Source: Acidobacteriota bacterium
GTDB taxonomy: Bacteria > Acidobacteriota > UBA6911
Assembly: GCA_963664705.1 (NCBI GenBank)
Contig: OY761556.1
Span: 4,864,001 to 4,928,000, forward strand
Direction: 5' to 3'
DNA: 64,000 nucleotides
Shown in pieces: positions 20,213-30,999 of the stretch. A model generated the notes under the pieces. That model was not told where the DNA came from. It saw only the letters and a program-made list of their open reading frames with translations, and did no database searches. The number at the start of each line of letters is the position of its first letter. The stretch's first letter is position 1. The translations under genes were made by a program, and so were the position numbers.

Positions 20213-21640
20213 ATGAGCGCGGAAGAATTTCCCAATACTTCAAGACCCGCCCGCATCCTGCTTGTAAAAAGCTGCTGCAATGATCCTGCCTACAAGGTAG
20301 TCAATCATCCTCTGGGTCTGATGAGCATCGCCTCCTACCTGAGGGAAAAATACGGTTGCCAGGCCAAGATCATCGACCTTCGGCTGGATGGCAATAGCCG
20401 CAGCGGACTGGAATCCGAGATTCGTCTTTATGCCCCTGATATTGTCGGCATCAGCGCTTTGACCTTTGAATCCAACGCCATTCCCTGGATCGCCGAAAGC
20501 GCTAAGCGCGTAAATGCAAAAACGCCTGTGCTGTTGGGAGGCCCGCATGCCACCGCGTATCCGGAGCAGGCCGCTCAAATTCCCGGTATTGACTATGTCA
20601 TCGTCGGCGAGGGCGAGGTCGCGGCCGGCAGATTGATCGAACGCATTCTGAATCAGCAGGATCTCTCTGGTTTGAAAGGGATCGCCTATCAGCGCGGGAA
20701 CCAGGTTATTACGACCGTCAGGGAAGATCCGATCGAAGATATCAATCTCCTACCGTCACCCGCCTATGATCTGATTCCCATTGAGCAATACGGGGAATAC
20801 AGCCGAATGAGTCGTACAGGATCAGGCAAATTCATGAGCCTCTTTTCCTCGCGCGGTTGCCCTTACCAGTGCATCTATTGCCACAATATTTTTGGAAAGG
20901 CATTCCGCTTTCGCAGTGCCGAAAACCTTTTTAACGAAATCAAACACCTTTACACCACCTATCAGATCCGCGATTTCGAGATTCTGGATGACATCTTCAA
21001 TCTGGACCGGGAACGGCTGATCGAGTTCTGTGACCGTATCATCTCGAGCGGCATCAAGGTTACCCTGGCCTTCCCGAATGGCGTACGCGGCGACATCCTG
21101 GACGAGGACCAGCTGTCCAAGCTTCGGCAGGCGGGAACAATATTCATGGCCTTCGCCATTGAAACCGGATCGCCGCGCATGCAGAAACTCATCAAGAAAA
21201 ATATCCAGCTCGAGAAAATAAAGAAGAATATAGAGATCGCACACGCTCTCAAAATTCATCCCCATGGATTCTTCATGATCGGCTTCCCCGGCGAGACGCT
21301 GGAGGAAATGCAGATGACCGTCCGGTTCATGGTCGCTTCCAAACTTCATACCATCGCGCTATTTGTGGTTATGCCCTTTGAAGGGACCGAACTGGGAAGA
21401 ATCACGAAGGAAATGGGCAAAGCCCCGGTCAGCGATTTTTCGATGAGCTATCATTCAGAGAGCTTTGTCAACCTGACCAGTGTGCCCGCCAGACAGGTGA
21501 ACCGCCTGCGGCTCCACGCGCTGATGAAGTTTTATCTGAATCCATTCCGGCTGTTTGTGCTGGTGAGAGATTTCCCGAACAAGCGGGAACTAGGTAAGCT
21601 CGTGATGGTTTTTTTCCGACGCCTGCGTTGGCGGGGTTGA
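20213..21640 (+). CDS. Cobalamin-binding radical SAM protein
   Basis: PLGLMSIAS, GGPHAT, GEGE, SRGCPYQCIYC, DDIF, MIGFPGET. Confidence 0.92.
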   Translation: MSAEEFPNTSRPARILLVKSCCNDPAYKVVNHPLGLMSIASYLREKYGCQAKIIDLRLDGNSRSGLESEIRLYAPDIVGISALTFESNAIPWIAESAKRVNAKTPVLLGGPHATAYPEQAAQIPGIDYVIVGEGEVAAGRLIERILNQQDLSGLKGIAYQRGNQVITTVREDPIEDINLLPSPAYDLIPIEQYGEYSRMSRTGSGKFMSLFSSRGCPYQCIYCHNIFGKAFRFRSAENLFNEIKHLYTTYQIRDFEILDDIFNLDRERLIEFCDRIISSGIKVTLAFPNGVRGDILDEDQLSKLRQAGTIFMAFAIETGSPRMQKLIKKNIQLEKIKKNIEIAHALKIHPHGFFMIGFPGETLEEMQMTVRFMVASKLHTIALFVVMPFEGTELGRITKEMGKAPVSDFSMSYHSESFVNLTSVPARQVNRLRLHALMKFYLNPFRLFVLVRDFPNKRELGKLVMVFFRRLRWRG

Positions 21641-21687
21641 AAAATCGAGGGGCGGCAGGCAATCCTCCTCGGGTTTCGCGGTAGCTC

Positions 21688-23133
21688 ATGCGCATTCTTT
21701 TTATCTGCAAAGATATCAACTTGAGCCAGCCCATGGGAATTCTCTCCCTCTCGGCAGTTTTGCGCGCGCAAGGCCACCACACTGATCTGGCGCTGGCTGA
21801 GCGCAGGGGATTCCTGGCGCGAGTGAGCGATTTCAGGCCCGACGTCCTTGCCTACTCCGTGACCACGGGGTTTCACAACTACTACCTTGATCTCAACCGC
21901 CGCCTGAAAACACATCTGGCTGGAGAGGGCCGAAATCCTCTGACGCTGATGGGCGGTCCACATGTCACGTTCTTCCCCGAAATAGTGGAGGCGGAAGGGG
22001 TAGACGCCGTTTGCCGAGGCGAGGGAGAAGATGCGATCGTGGACTTTGTCCATGCGCTGGAGCGGGGCAGCGACTACACGCAAATTGCCAATTTCTGGGT
22101 CAAGACTGGCAGCGGAATAGTCCGGAACGATGTGCGCCCGCTCATAGAGGACCTCGACCGCCTGCCATTTCCCGACCGCGATCTGTTGTTCAGTGTGGAC
22201 CGCTTCACACGCGAATCTCCGGTGAAGGTCTTTTTCCCGAACCGCGGCTGTCCATACCTTTGCACATACTGTTTCAATCATAAGTACAACGCACTTTATT
22301 GCGGCAAAGGAAATATCGTCCGCTACCGATCGGTGGAAAGTGTTCTCGCCGAAATCAAGGAGGTCCGTGCCAGGTGGCCCCTAAAATACCTCTTCTTCCT
22401 TTCGGATAATTTCATCCTGAACAAAGAGTGGGTCGGCGAATTTGCGGCGCGATACCGCGCGGAAATCGGGCTGCCTTTTACCTGCAACGTGCGGGCGAAC
22501 CTTGTGGATGAGAAGGTGGTTTCCGATCTGCGGAAGGCCGGGTGTGTCTCCGTTCTTTTCGGTGTCGAATCGGGAGATGAGCACCTGCGCAACGATGTCC
22601 TGAAGCGGCAGATGTCTGACGACGTCCTGCTTCGCGCCGGCCGTTTGCTGCGCGCGGCCAATATCCGACTTTACACGCAGAACATATTGGCGCTGCCGGG
22701 CGAGGACTTTCGCCAGGCCCTTTCTACCCTAAAGCTGAACCAGAGTTTGCGGCCCGCCTATGCCTGGGCTTCGATTTTTGCGCCGTATCCTTCAAGCGAG
22801 TTGACGGAATACGCCATTGACAACGGGCACTTCGAGGGCGACTCCAACAGGATCAACCCGTCTTTCCATAGCAGGTCGGTCTTGAAGTTCTCCAGTCGAA
22901 AAGAGCGGCGGATGTTCACAAACCTGCACCGGCTTTTTGGCATTTTTGTTGAATGGCCGTCTCTGGGCAGGAATGCCCGACTGTTCTGCGCCTTGCCGCT
23001 GACGCCCGTTTACTCGGTTTTATACAAATTATGGTATGGCTATACCAATCGATACCGGATCTATCCGTACCCGGCATCACCGCGGGAGTCCATGGTCGGG
23101 CTCATTCGTTTTCTCAGGAAAGACCGATCATGA
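21688..23133 (+). CDS. Cobalamin-binding radical SAM protein
   Basis: PMGILSLS, GGPHVT, GEGE, RGCPYLCTYC, GVESG, LPGE. Confidence 0.92.
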   Translation: MRILFICKDINLSQPMGILSLSAVLRAQGHHTDLALAERRGFLARVSDFRPDVLAYSVTTGFHNYYLDLNRRLKTHLAGEGRNPLTLMGGPHVTFFPEIVEAEGVDAVCRGEGEDAIVDFVHALERGSDYTQIANFWVKTGSGIVRNDVRPLIEDLDRLPFPDRDLLFSVDRFTRESPVKVFFPNRGCPYLCTYCFNHKYNALYCGKGNIVRYRSVESVLAEIKEVRARWPLKYLFFLSDNFILNKEWVGEFAARYRAEIGLPFTCNVRANLVDEKVVSDLRKAGCVSVLFGVESGDEHLRNDVLKRQMSDDVLLRAGRLLRAANIRLYTQNILALPGEDFRQALSTLKLNQSLRPAYAWASIFAPYPSSELTEYAIDNGHFEGDSNRINPSFHSRSVLKFSSRKERRMFTNLHRLFGIFVEWPSLGRNARLFCALPLTPVYSVLYKLWYGYTNRYRIYPYPASPRESMVGLIRFLRKDRS

Positions 23134-23187
23134 TTGTCGCTCATGCTGCAAGCTCTAAACCATGTTGATTCACCGAAAGCAATACGC

Positions 23188-25140
23188 ATGAAAAAAAAGG
23201 CAAAGAACAATAGCTCAAACCAGGCGCCATCCATCAAACAAGACCGCGGGAAAAAGCAACTCCTGTGGGTTCTGGTTGCGATTGTCATCCTTGCAACCGG
23301 AATCGCCTATTCGAATTCTTTGAAGAACGGGTTTGTAAACTGGGACGACGACCTGTACGTCTATACAAATCCGGATATAACACATTTGGATGGCAGTTCC
23401 ATTCGGGAATTCTTCACCGGATATTTTGTGAAAATGTATGCGCCGATCACCATGATCAGCTATGCGCTCGACTATCAGATCGGCGGACTGAATGCCACTG
23501 TCTATCACAGCACAAACCTGATCCTTCACCTGCTGAACACGACTCTTGTCTTCTGCCTTGTCTACCTGCTCACCCGGCAAATGCCCATCGCCTTTATCTC
23601 TGCCCTGTTTTTCGGTATCCATCCGCTGCACGTTGAATCTGTAGCCTGGATTTCCGAACGAAAGGATTTGCTCTATTCGTTCTTTTACTTATCCGGATTG
23701 ATTACCTATCTTCAAATTCGTCGGAACAACGAAAGCCGCAAGTATTACTTTTTCACGATCCTGCTGTTCTGTTTAGCGCTCCTGTCCAAATCCGCCGCGG
23801 TTACGTTCCCGCTGGCGCTTCTCCTGATCGATTTTTATCGAGGACAAAAGCTGACGCTCAAGGACAATCTCGACAAGATTCCCTTTTTTGTGCTGGCCTT
23901 GGGGTTTGGCATCCTTTCCCTTCTATCGCAGCAGGTTATAGGTGAAAACCGGGATTACGTGGCAGGGTATACTGTTTTTGACCGGTTTTTCCTCGGGGCA
24001 TATTCCTTCACGTTTTATCTGATCAAGTCGGTTATTCCAACCGGCCTCTCTGCCCTGCACCCAATGCCCATGAAGCCTTCCGGCCTTCTGCCTCTGCGCT
24101 ATTACTTTTCGGTTCTTTCATTCATCGGGTTTGTCTGGCTGCTGTTCCGGGTTTTCAGATCAAAAATAGATGAGGCATTCAAAAAAGACATCATCTTCGG
24201 TCTCCTGTTTTTTCTTCTCACCCTCTTTCTGATACTTTTCATCCCGGTGGGAGAGGCGGTGGTTGCGGAGAGGTATACCTATCTTCCATATATCGGGATT
24301 TTCATGATCCTGGGAAGACTCTATTTGTATCTTCAGGAGCAGACCTTCCGCTCGCTTCCCAGGCTGAGGCAATGCTGCACCGCATGTGTCGTCATGGCGG
24401 CCCTTCTGTTCACCGGGATCGCTTACGGCAGAAACGGAGTCTGGAAGGATACGCTCAGCCTGTTTTCGGATGTGATCGCAAAGGATCCGGATGCCGGGCT
24501 GGCGTATAACAACAGGGGCAACATCCGGATAGAACAGAAGGATTTCAAAGGTGCCATGGAGGATTTCAACAAAGCGATAGAGCTAAAATATGAGGATGCC
24601 TATAACAACAGGGGCATTCTCAAGAACCGGCTCGGGGAATACAGGAGCGCTCTTGAAGATTTCAACCGGGCAGTTCTGCATGTCAAACTGGACAAAGCCA
24701 AGGTTCACTACAATAGGGGCATTGCCAGGTTGAATTTGAGCGATTACAAGGGTGCAGAAGAGGATTTTGGAATAGCGATCAAGCTGAGCCCGAAATATGG
24801 CAGCGCTTACAGCAACCGCGGTCTGGTGAGATATGAGAAATTATCAGACCTTGCGGGGGCTATCAGGGATTTCGATACTGCCATCAGTCTCGATCCGACC
24901 GATCCCTATTCCTATTATAATCGAGGCAATGTACAACTGCGTTCAGGCAGATTTGAGGATGCGTTATCCGATTATGATCGAACGGTACAGATCGCCCCAG
25001 GATTCACTGCTGCATATTTCAATAAGGGAGTTGTCTTATTGAAGCTGAAAAACAGAGAAGGGGCCTGTCTGAGCTGGAGCAAGGCACTGGACCTGGGGGC
25101 AAAGACGGCGGCCGAACTGATGCAGGCGTATTGTCAATAA
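23188..25140 (+). CDS. TMTC-like GT-C glycosyltransferase with C-terminal TPRs
   Basis: FVNWDD loop, HPLHVESVAWISERKD, LLSK, AERYTYLP, then repeated AYNNRG TPRs; start uncertain (23134-23188). Confidence 0.85.
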   Translation: MKKKAKNNSSNQAPSIKQDRGKKQLLWVLVAIVILATGIAYSNSLKNGFVNWDDDLYVYTNPDITHLDGSSIREFFTGYFVKMYAPITMISYALDYQIGGLNATVYHSTNLILHLLNTTLVFCLVYLLTRQMPIAFISALFFGIHPLHVESVAWISERKDLLYSFFYLSGLITYLQIRRNNESRKYYFFTILLFCLALLSKSAAVTFPLALLLIDFYRGQKLTLKDNLDKIPFFVLALGFGILSLLSQQVIGENRDYVAGYTVFDRFFLGAYSFTFYLIKSVIPTGLSALHPMPMKPSGLLPLRYYFSVLSFIGFVWLLFRVFRSKIDEAFKKDIIFGLLFFLLTLFLILFIPVGEAVVAERYTYLPYIGIFMILGRLYLYLQEQTFRSLPRLRQCCTACVVMAALLFTGIAYGRNGVWKDTLSLFSDVIAKDPDAGLAYNNRGNIRIEQKDFKGAMEDFNKAIELKYEDAYNNRGILKNRLGEYRSALEDFNRAVLHVKLDKAKVHYNRGIARLNLSDYKGAEEDFGIAIKLSPKYGSAYSNRGLVRYEKLSDLAGAIRDFDTAISLDPTDPYSYYNRGNVQLRSGRFEDALSDYDRTVQIAPGFTAAYFNKGVVLLKLKNREGACLSWSKALDLGAKTAAELMQAYCQ

Positions 25141-25141
25141 C

Positions 25142-25843
25142 ATGAACTCATCGACTGAAATGGATCTTGAATCGATATACACGAGGCGTTTCGAGCCGAA
25201 TGCGGAATATCGCCGCGCGGTGTGGCGTGTTCTTGTGTCCAGCTATTTTTCCCGTTTCATCCCTGCCGACTCCACCGTGCTCGACCTCGGCTGCGGGTAT
25301 GGCGAGTTCATTCAGGCTGTGCGCGCAAAAACGCGCATGGCTATGGACATGAACCCGGGAGTGCGGGACAAATTGGAAGTCGATGTGCATTTGTTCCTCC
25401 AGGATAGCGCCGAACCGTGGCTTGGAATCCAGGACGACTCCATTGACGTTATTTTCACGAGCAACTTTCTTGAGCATTTGCCGAACAAGGCTTGCGTGAG
25501 CAGAACCCTGCGGGAAGCCCATCGCTGCATCAAGCCTGGGGGGCGATTCATTGCAATGGGGCCCAATGCAAAATATCTTGGCGGGCTCTATTGGGATTTC
25601 TGGGATCACGAAATACCCATGACGGAGAATTCCCTCGCGGAAGTTCTGGGCTCCAACGGTCTTGTCACGGAGGTTTGTGAAGGCCGGTTCCTGCCGTTTA
25701 CGATGTCTTCCGGGCGGCGGTATCCTCTCGCTATGATAAAGCTATATCTCGCCTTTCCTTTTCTGTGGCGCCTGTTTGGCCGCCAGTTTTTGATTGTGGC
25801 CCGCAAGCAGTCCCTCCACGAACCGAAGGGGACGCGGAAATGA
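25142..25843 (+). CDS. Class I SAM-dependent methyltransferase
   Basis: VLDLGCGYGEF, SNFLEHL, KPGG. Confidence 0.88.
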   Translation: MNSSTEMDLESIYTRRFEPNAEYRRAVWRVLVSSYFSRFIPADSTVLDLGCGYGEFIQAVRAKTRMAMDMNPGVRDKLEVDVHLFLQDSAEPWLGIQDDSIDVIFTSNFLEHLPNKACVSRTLREAHRCIKPGGRFIAMGPNAKYLGGLYWDFWDHEIPMTENSLAEVLGSNGLVTEVCEGRFLPFTMSSGRRYPLAMIKLYLAFPFLWRLFGRQFLIVARKQSLHEPKGTRK

Positions 25844-27540
25844 TGAAAGCGCGTCCAAAAGATCGAGCGAATTCCGCTCCCGCGGCGGTTCATCCGCCAA
25901 AGCCGTCCATTTCGCGCGAGATCCTCGCAATCGCTGTTTGTGTGCTGCTCCTGTGCGGGATCTACTTGGGCAAGGCCTACAACATGGACGACCCGCTCGT
26001 TATCTGGACCGCAAAGCAGATCGCAGCGCACCCGGGAAATTTCTACGGGTTTAATGTGAACTGGTGGGGATACGCCACACCGATGTGGCAAACAGACCTG
26101 AATCCGCCGGGAGCCGCGTATTACACCGCAGTTTTTGGGGCTCTCTTCAACTGGCGCGAAGCTGCAGTTCACGGCGGAGTCGCCCTGATCGCCGTCGCAC
26201 TCATTCTCGGGATCTATTATCTCGCGCGACAAATGGGGGGAAACGCGCTGACGGCGGCGGTCATTGCCCTCGCTTCTCCCGCAATCTTTGTGTCGATGGG
26301 CACGGTGATGACGGATCTGCCGATGACGGCATTGTGGGTATGGGCGGTTTTCTTGTGGTTGCGCGGATTGGATAAGCCGCACCCGTACCTCAACGCGCTA
26401 TCGGGACTGCTGATCGGACTGGCTGCCCTGGCCAAGTATTTCGCGCTCAGCCTGGCACCGCTGCTGTTGGTATACACACTTTTGCGCGACAAAAGCCGGC
26501 GAACCCGGCTGCTCTGGCTACTGGTGCCGATCGTGATCCTGGGTCTCTTTGATCTCTATACCGAACGGCTTTACGGAGTGGGACAAATCCGCGGAATATT
26601 CGGAATTATTCAGGACTATCACGAAGTCCACACAACCCCTGTAGGAAGAAAACTCCTGACAATGCTGATTTTCCTGGGCGCGGGCACTGCCCCGTTGCTG
26701 TTCCTTGCACCCTGGCTCTGGCATCCAAAAGAGCGGACCAAACTCTGGATCGCTGCCCTCGTAACCGCACTGGCCACGGTAGTGCTCCAGCAGAGCGGAT
26801 GGCGCGTAGCCGAACCGGATGTACCGCTTCGATGGTGGTTCTGGATTCAATACGGCCTCTGGTTGCTAGCCGGGCTTCACGTCATCACTCTTATGGTTGC
26901 GGAACTCTGGACCCGACGCGACCCCGATTCCCTGCTCCTGGGTTTGTGGTTTGCGGGGACTCTCATCTATTGCCTGTTCGTCTACCAGTTCGTCAACATC
27001 CGTGTGCTCCTGCCGGCCCTGCCGGCCATTTTTCTGATATGTGTCCGTCGACTGCAGCAGGTCAACGCCGATAAAGAGACCGGCCGAACGGCGCTGCAGA
27101 AACCTGTGGGGGGAGTTGCCGCTGCGGGTATTGTCCTTAGTCTTTGTGTAGCGAACGCGGACATCAGCCTGGCAAATTCCGCGCGAGCGGCGGCAGAAAA
27201 GATTGCGCCGGAAAAAAGAAGCGGAAGCACATGGTTTTCGGGACACTGGGGATTTCAATATTATATGGAAGCACGCCACGCGAAGCCCATTGACGTAAAT
27301 CACCAGGAATTCCGTTTGAAGGATACGGTTGTGACACCGGAGAACGGAACAAACCGGTTCCTGACGCGGGTACGTATCGAGACAATAGATCAGAGTTTTG
27401 AATTGCCCGTTTGCAGCTGGGTTACGACCATGCGTGCCGAATGCGGGGCGGGATTCCACTCGGATCTGTGGGGACCCTTGCCATTCGTGTTTGGGCCGGT
27501 CCCGGCCGAGCGTTACCGGGTTACGGTATTGGGCCGTTAA
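25840..27540 (+). CDS. GT-C (ArnT/PMT, GT39/GT83-like) membrane glycosyltransferase
   Basis: NMDD loop, NPPG, MTD, LAKY, many TM helices; ATGA overlap with upstream stop. Confidence 0.8.
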   Translation: MMKARPKDRANSAPAAVHPPKPSISREILAIAVCVLLLCGIYLGKAYNMDDPLVIWTAKQIAAHPGNFYGFNVNWWGYATPMWQTDLNPPGAAYYTAVFGALFNWREAAVHGGVALIAVALILGIYYLARQMGGNALTAAVIALASPAIFVSMGTVMTDLPMTALWVWAVFLWLRGLDKPHPYLNALSGLLIGLAALAKYFALSLAPLLLVYTLLRDKSRRTRLLWLLVPIVILGLFDLYTERLYGVGQIRGIFGIIQDYHEVHTTPVGRKLLTMLIFLGAGTAPLLFLAPWLWHPKERTKLWIAALVTALATVVLQQSGWRVAEPDVPLRWWFWIQYGLWLLAGLHVITLMVAELWTRRDPDSLLLGLWFAGTLIYCLFVYQFVNIRVLLPALPAIFLICVRRLQQVNADKETGRTALQKPVGGVAAAGIVLSLCVANADISLANSARAAAEKIAPEKRSGSTWFSGHWGFQYYMEARHAKPIDVNHQEFRLKDTVVTPENGTNRFLTRVRIETIDQSFELPVCSWVTTMRAECGAGFHSDLWGPLPFVFGPVPAERYRVTVLGR

Positions 27541-27593
27541 TATGCAGCATGAACCGGGACGGCGGAGTTCCCAGTTTTCAGACAGGTGGTTCT

Positions 27594-28664
27594 ATGCGTG
27601 TTTTGATCACCGGCGGTGCGGGATTTGTCGGCTCCAGGATAGCTCTTGCGTTGGCAGCATCCGAGGGCGTCCGTGTCACTGCTCTCGATAACCTCAAACG
27701 ACGGGGTTCCGAACTCAATATCCCAATCCTGCGCGAAGCAGGGATCGATTTTGTTCACGGCGATATCCGCATACAGGCGGACCTGGAGTCCGCAGGGGGC
27801 AATTTTGATTTGATGATTGAAGCCTCCGCCGAGCCCAGCGTTGCTGCGGGGCAAGACGGTTCGCCTGCCTATGTCATTGCTACAAACCTGGCGGGCACCG
27901 CCAATTGCCTCGAATTTGCCCGGAAGAAGGTGGGGCGATTTCTCTTTATATCCACCTCGCGCGTCTATTCCATCGCGTCGCTGCGCGCAATCAAGCTGGA
28001 AGAACAATCGAGCCGTTTCGAAATTGTCCCGAATCAAATTCAGTCGGGAGTATCTCCAGAGGGCGTCCGGGAAGATTTCCCGACAAACAGCGCCCGTTCC
28101 TTCTATGGAGCCACCAAGCTGGCCTCCGAAATGCTGATTCAGGAATATCATGAGAGCTACGGGCTGGAAGCCCTCATCAATCGCTGCGGAGTAATTGCCG
28201 GGCCCGGGCAGTTTGGCAAGCCGGACCAGGGCGTTTTCACCTTGTGGGTAGCCGCACACTGCTTCGGCGCTCCATTGCAATACACCGGATTTGGAGGCAC
28301 GGGAAAACAGGTGCGCGATCTATTGCATCCGGCCGACTTTGTCTCCCTGGTACAAAGCCAATTCACGGATGGTCGCCGTTGGGATTGCGGAATCTTCAAT
28401 GTCGGCGGGGGAAGAGCGGGTTCGACCTCGCTGCGGGAACTGACTGAAGTCTGCCGTACTGTCACGGGCAGAGAGATCTCCATAAAGGAAGTATCGGCAA
28501 CAGCGCCGTACGATGTACCGGTTTATTGGACGGACAACAGCCGCGTATCCGCAGCATACGATTGGAAGCCTCGCAGGAGTATCGAAAACATCGTCTCAGA
28601 GATTGCTCTCTGGATTCGAGCCAACGAAAAGGCGCTGAAGCCGCTGTTCTGTCTGCCCTGTTGA
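27594..28664 (+). CDS. NAD-dependent epimerase/dehydratase, CDP-paratose 2-epimerase-like
   Basis: [28 protein letters not shown]. Confidence 0.88.
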   Translation: MRVLITGGAGFVGSRIALALAASEGVRVTALDNLKRRGSELNIPILREAGIDFVHGDIRIQADLESAGGNFDLMIEASAEPSVAAGQDGSPAYVIATNLAGTANCLEFARKKVGRFLFISTSRVYSIASLRAIKLEEQSSRFEIVPNQIQSGVSPEGVREDFPTNSARSFYGATKLASEMLIQEYHESYGLEALINRCGVIAGPGQFGKPDQGVFTLWVAAHCFGAPLQYTGFGGTGKQVRDLLHPADFVSLVQSQFTDGRRWDCGIFNVGGGRAGSTSLRELTEVCRTVTGREISIKEVSATAPYDVPVYWTDNSRVSAAYDWKPRRSIENIVSEIALWIRANEKALKPLFCLPC

Positions 28665-28695
28665 GAATTATTGTCGAACTCGAGATTGGAGCTTT

Positions 28696-29766
28696 ATGTC
28701 TACAGCCATTGTTACGGGATCCGCGGGATTAGTTGGAAGTGAGGCGGTCCGGTTTCTTCACGACCAGGGAATGGATGTGATCGGGATCGACAATAATCTG
28801 CGCGAATACTTTTTTGGACCTGACGGGTCCACGCGTTGGCAGCAGGAGCAGTTGACCGGATGCCTGAACCGCTATCGGCACTTCGATCTGGATATCCGCG
28901 ATCAGGAATCGATGTTCCGGCTGATCCGGGAGCACCAGCCTTCACTGCTGATCCATTGTGCCGCACAGCCCAGTCACGATTGGTCCGCCAGGGAACCGAT
29001 CACGGACTTTTCGGTCAATGCCTGTGGAACCGTGGTGCTGCTGGAAGCCCTGCGGCGCTTCGCACCGGAAGCCGTGTTTATCTTCGTATCAACAAACAAA
29101 GTGTACGGGGATACGCCCAATCATCTGCCGCTGGTCGAGCAGAATACGAGATGGGAGCTGGATTCAAGCCATCCCTATGCCGCCCGCGGTATCGATGAAT
29201 CCATGGGAATCGATCAGACAAAGCATAGCCTGATGGGGGCAAGCAAAGTAGGCGCGGATGTGATGACGCAGGAATATGGCCGATATTTCGGGTTGAAGAC
29301 AGGAGTTTTTCGGGGAGGTTGCCTGACCGGTCCCGCTCATTCCGGAGTCGAGCTCCATGGGTTCCTGGCCTACCTGGTAAAATGCGCGGTACTTGAGCGG
29401 CCGTATGTTGTCTATGGATACAAAGGCAAGCAGGTGCGCGATAACATTCATTCGGCCGATCTGGTCTCAGCCTTCTGGCAATTCTACTGCCGGCCCCGCC
29501 CCGGAGAGGTTTACAATATCGGCGGATCAAGACACAGTAACTGCTCTATTATTGAAGCTATCAACAGAATCGAAGCCTTGTCCGGGTGCCGCGTCGAATA
29601 TTCCGTGGTGGATCAGGCGCGTTCGGGCGATCATATCTGGTGGATATCGGATGTAAGCAAGTTTATGCGCGACTATCCCTCCTGGAAATATGCCTACAAC
29701 CTGGATGACATCCTGCAGGAAATCATTGCGGCGGTGAAGGCACGAACCGGGAGTCGAAGCCTGTGA
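28696..29766 (+). CDS. NAD-dependent epimerase/dehydratase, CDP-paratose 2-epimerase-like (second paralog)
   Basis: [37 protein letters not shown]. Confidence 0.88.
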   Translation: MSTAIVTGSAGLVGSEAVRFLHDQGMDVIGIDNNLREYFFGPDGSTRWQQEQLTGCLNRYRHFDLDIRDQESMFRLIREHQPSLLIHCAAQPSHDWSAREPITDFSVNACGTVVLLEALRRFAPEAVFIFVSTNKVYGDTPNHLPLVEQNTRWELDSSHPYAARGIDESMGIDQTKHSLMGASKVGADVMTQEYGRYFGLKTGVFRGGCLTGPAHSGVELHGFLAYLVKCAVLERPYVVYGYKGKQVRDNIHSADLVSAFWQFYCRPRPGEVYNIGGSRHSNCSIIEAINRIEALSGCRVEYSVVDQARSGDHIWWISDVSKFMRDYPSWKYAYNLDDILQEIIAAVKARTGSRSL

Positions 29767-30500
29767 AACTCTCGGTATTGATACCCGCGCATAATGAATC
29801 CTCATGCATCGCCTCGACAGTCCAGTCGCTCTTTGCCGAGCTGGACCGCCAGGCGATTGATCACGAAATACTTGTCATCAACGATCACTCGACCGATCAG
29901 ACCGAGGCGGTGCTTCAGAGTCTGATCCCTTCAATCCCCACCCTGCGCTACCTGAACAACTCGCGGGGAAAGGGGCTTGGGCTGGCCGTTCGCCTTGGAC
30001 TGGAGACTTTTGCGGGAGACGCGGTCGCACTATTCATGGCCGATGGGTCAGACGATCCCGTCGATCTGGTCCGCTTCTTCAGGAAAATGCAATCCGATGA
30101 CACGGACTGCGTATTCGGAACCAGGTTTTCCAGGGAGTCCAGAGTCGTCGGATACCCGCTGGTGAAACTTGTTTTGAATCGGTGCGGAAACAACCTCATA
30201 CGACTTTTGTTCGGCCTGCGTTACAACGACATCACAAACGCATTCAAGCTGTATCGGAACTATGTGATCCAGGGCTTGCAGCCGATCATTAGCCATCACT
30301 ACAACCTGACGGTTGAATTACCCCTGAAGGCTATTGTTCGCGGATACAGCTACTCGGTCGTCCCCAACTGCTGGACAGAACGGCGGCACGGGCTTTCCAA
30401 GCTGAGAATAAAGGAAATGGGATCGCGGTATATGTTCATCATACTCTACTGCTTTATCGAAAAATGGCTTTCAAAGGGGGATTATTACCGCAAGAACTGA
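29763..30500 (+). CDS. GT2 polyprenol-phosphate glycosyltransferase (DPM1-like)
   Basis: [32 protein letters not shown]; GTGA overlap with upstream stop. Confidence 0.9.
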   Translation: MKLSVLIPAHNESSCIASTVQSLFAELDRQAIDHEILVINDHSTDQTEAVLQSLIPSIPTLRYLNNSRGKGLGLAVRLGLETFAGDAVALFMADGSDDPVDLVRFFRKMQSDDTDCVFGTRFSRESRVVGYPLVKLVLNRCGNNLIRLLFGLRYNDITNAFKLYRNYVIQGLQPIISHHYNLTVELPLKAIVRGYSYSVVPNCWTERRHGLSKLRIKEMGSRYMFIILYCFIEKWLSKGDYYRKN

Positions 30501-30886
30501 TGGTGTTGCAGCCGCTTTGGTGCAATTCGTGAAAATTCGGGAAATTCGTGGCAAAAAGAAGCTGCACATCCGCCACGAATGCCCACGAATTACACTAAAC
30601 CCCACATCCTGCCGGGATTATTACCGCTAGAATTGATGATGTTGCAGCTGCTTTGGTGCAATTCGTGAAAATTCGGGAAATTCGTGGCAAAAAGAAGCTG
30701 CATATCTGCCACGAATGTCCACGAATTACACTAAACCCCACATCCTGCCAGGATTATTACCGCAAGAACTGATGGTGTTGCAGCTGCTTTGGTGCAATTC
30801 GTGAAAATTCGGGAAATTCGTGGCAAAAAGAAGCTGCATATCTGCCACGAATGTCCACGAAATAAACTAAACTCCGCATCCTGCCA
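30479..30886. repeat. Three tandem 136-bp near-identical units with internal inverted repeat
   Basis: Units start at 30479, 30615 and 30751 (ggattattaccgc...catcctgccR); each holds ttcgtggc...gccacgaa. Confidence 0.95.
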
Positions 30887-30940
30887 GGAAAAATGGCTTT
30901 CAAAAGGGGAGATTATTACCGCGGGAACTGATGGTGGAGA

Positions 30941-30991
30941 GGGCCACAAATTTCACAGAGGTTACAGCCTGTTCTGTAAAATTTGTGGCCC
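30941..30991. terminator. 19-bp inverted repeat between convergent genes (bidirectional terminator or REP)
   Basis: gggccacaaatttcacaga ... tctgtaaaatttgtggccc (1 mismatch), followed by gttttgtt. Confidence 0.7.
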
Positions 30992-30999
30992 GTTTTGTT

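Noticed and set aside
30479-30886. Possible CRISPR array
   Set aside because: The 136-bp units are near-identical along their whole length, with no unique spacers and no cas genes; it is a tandem repeat.
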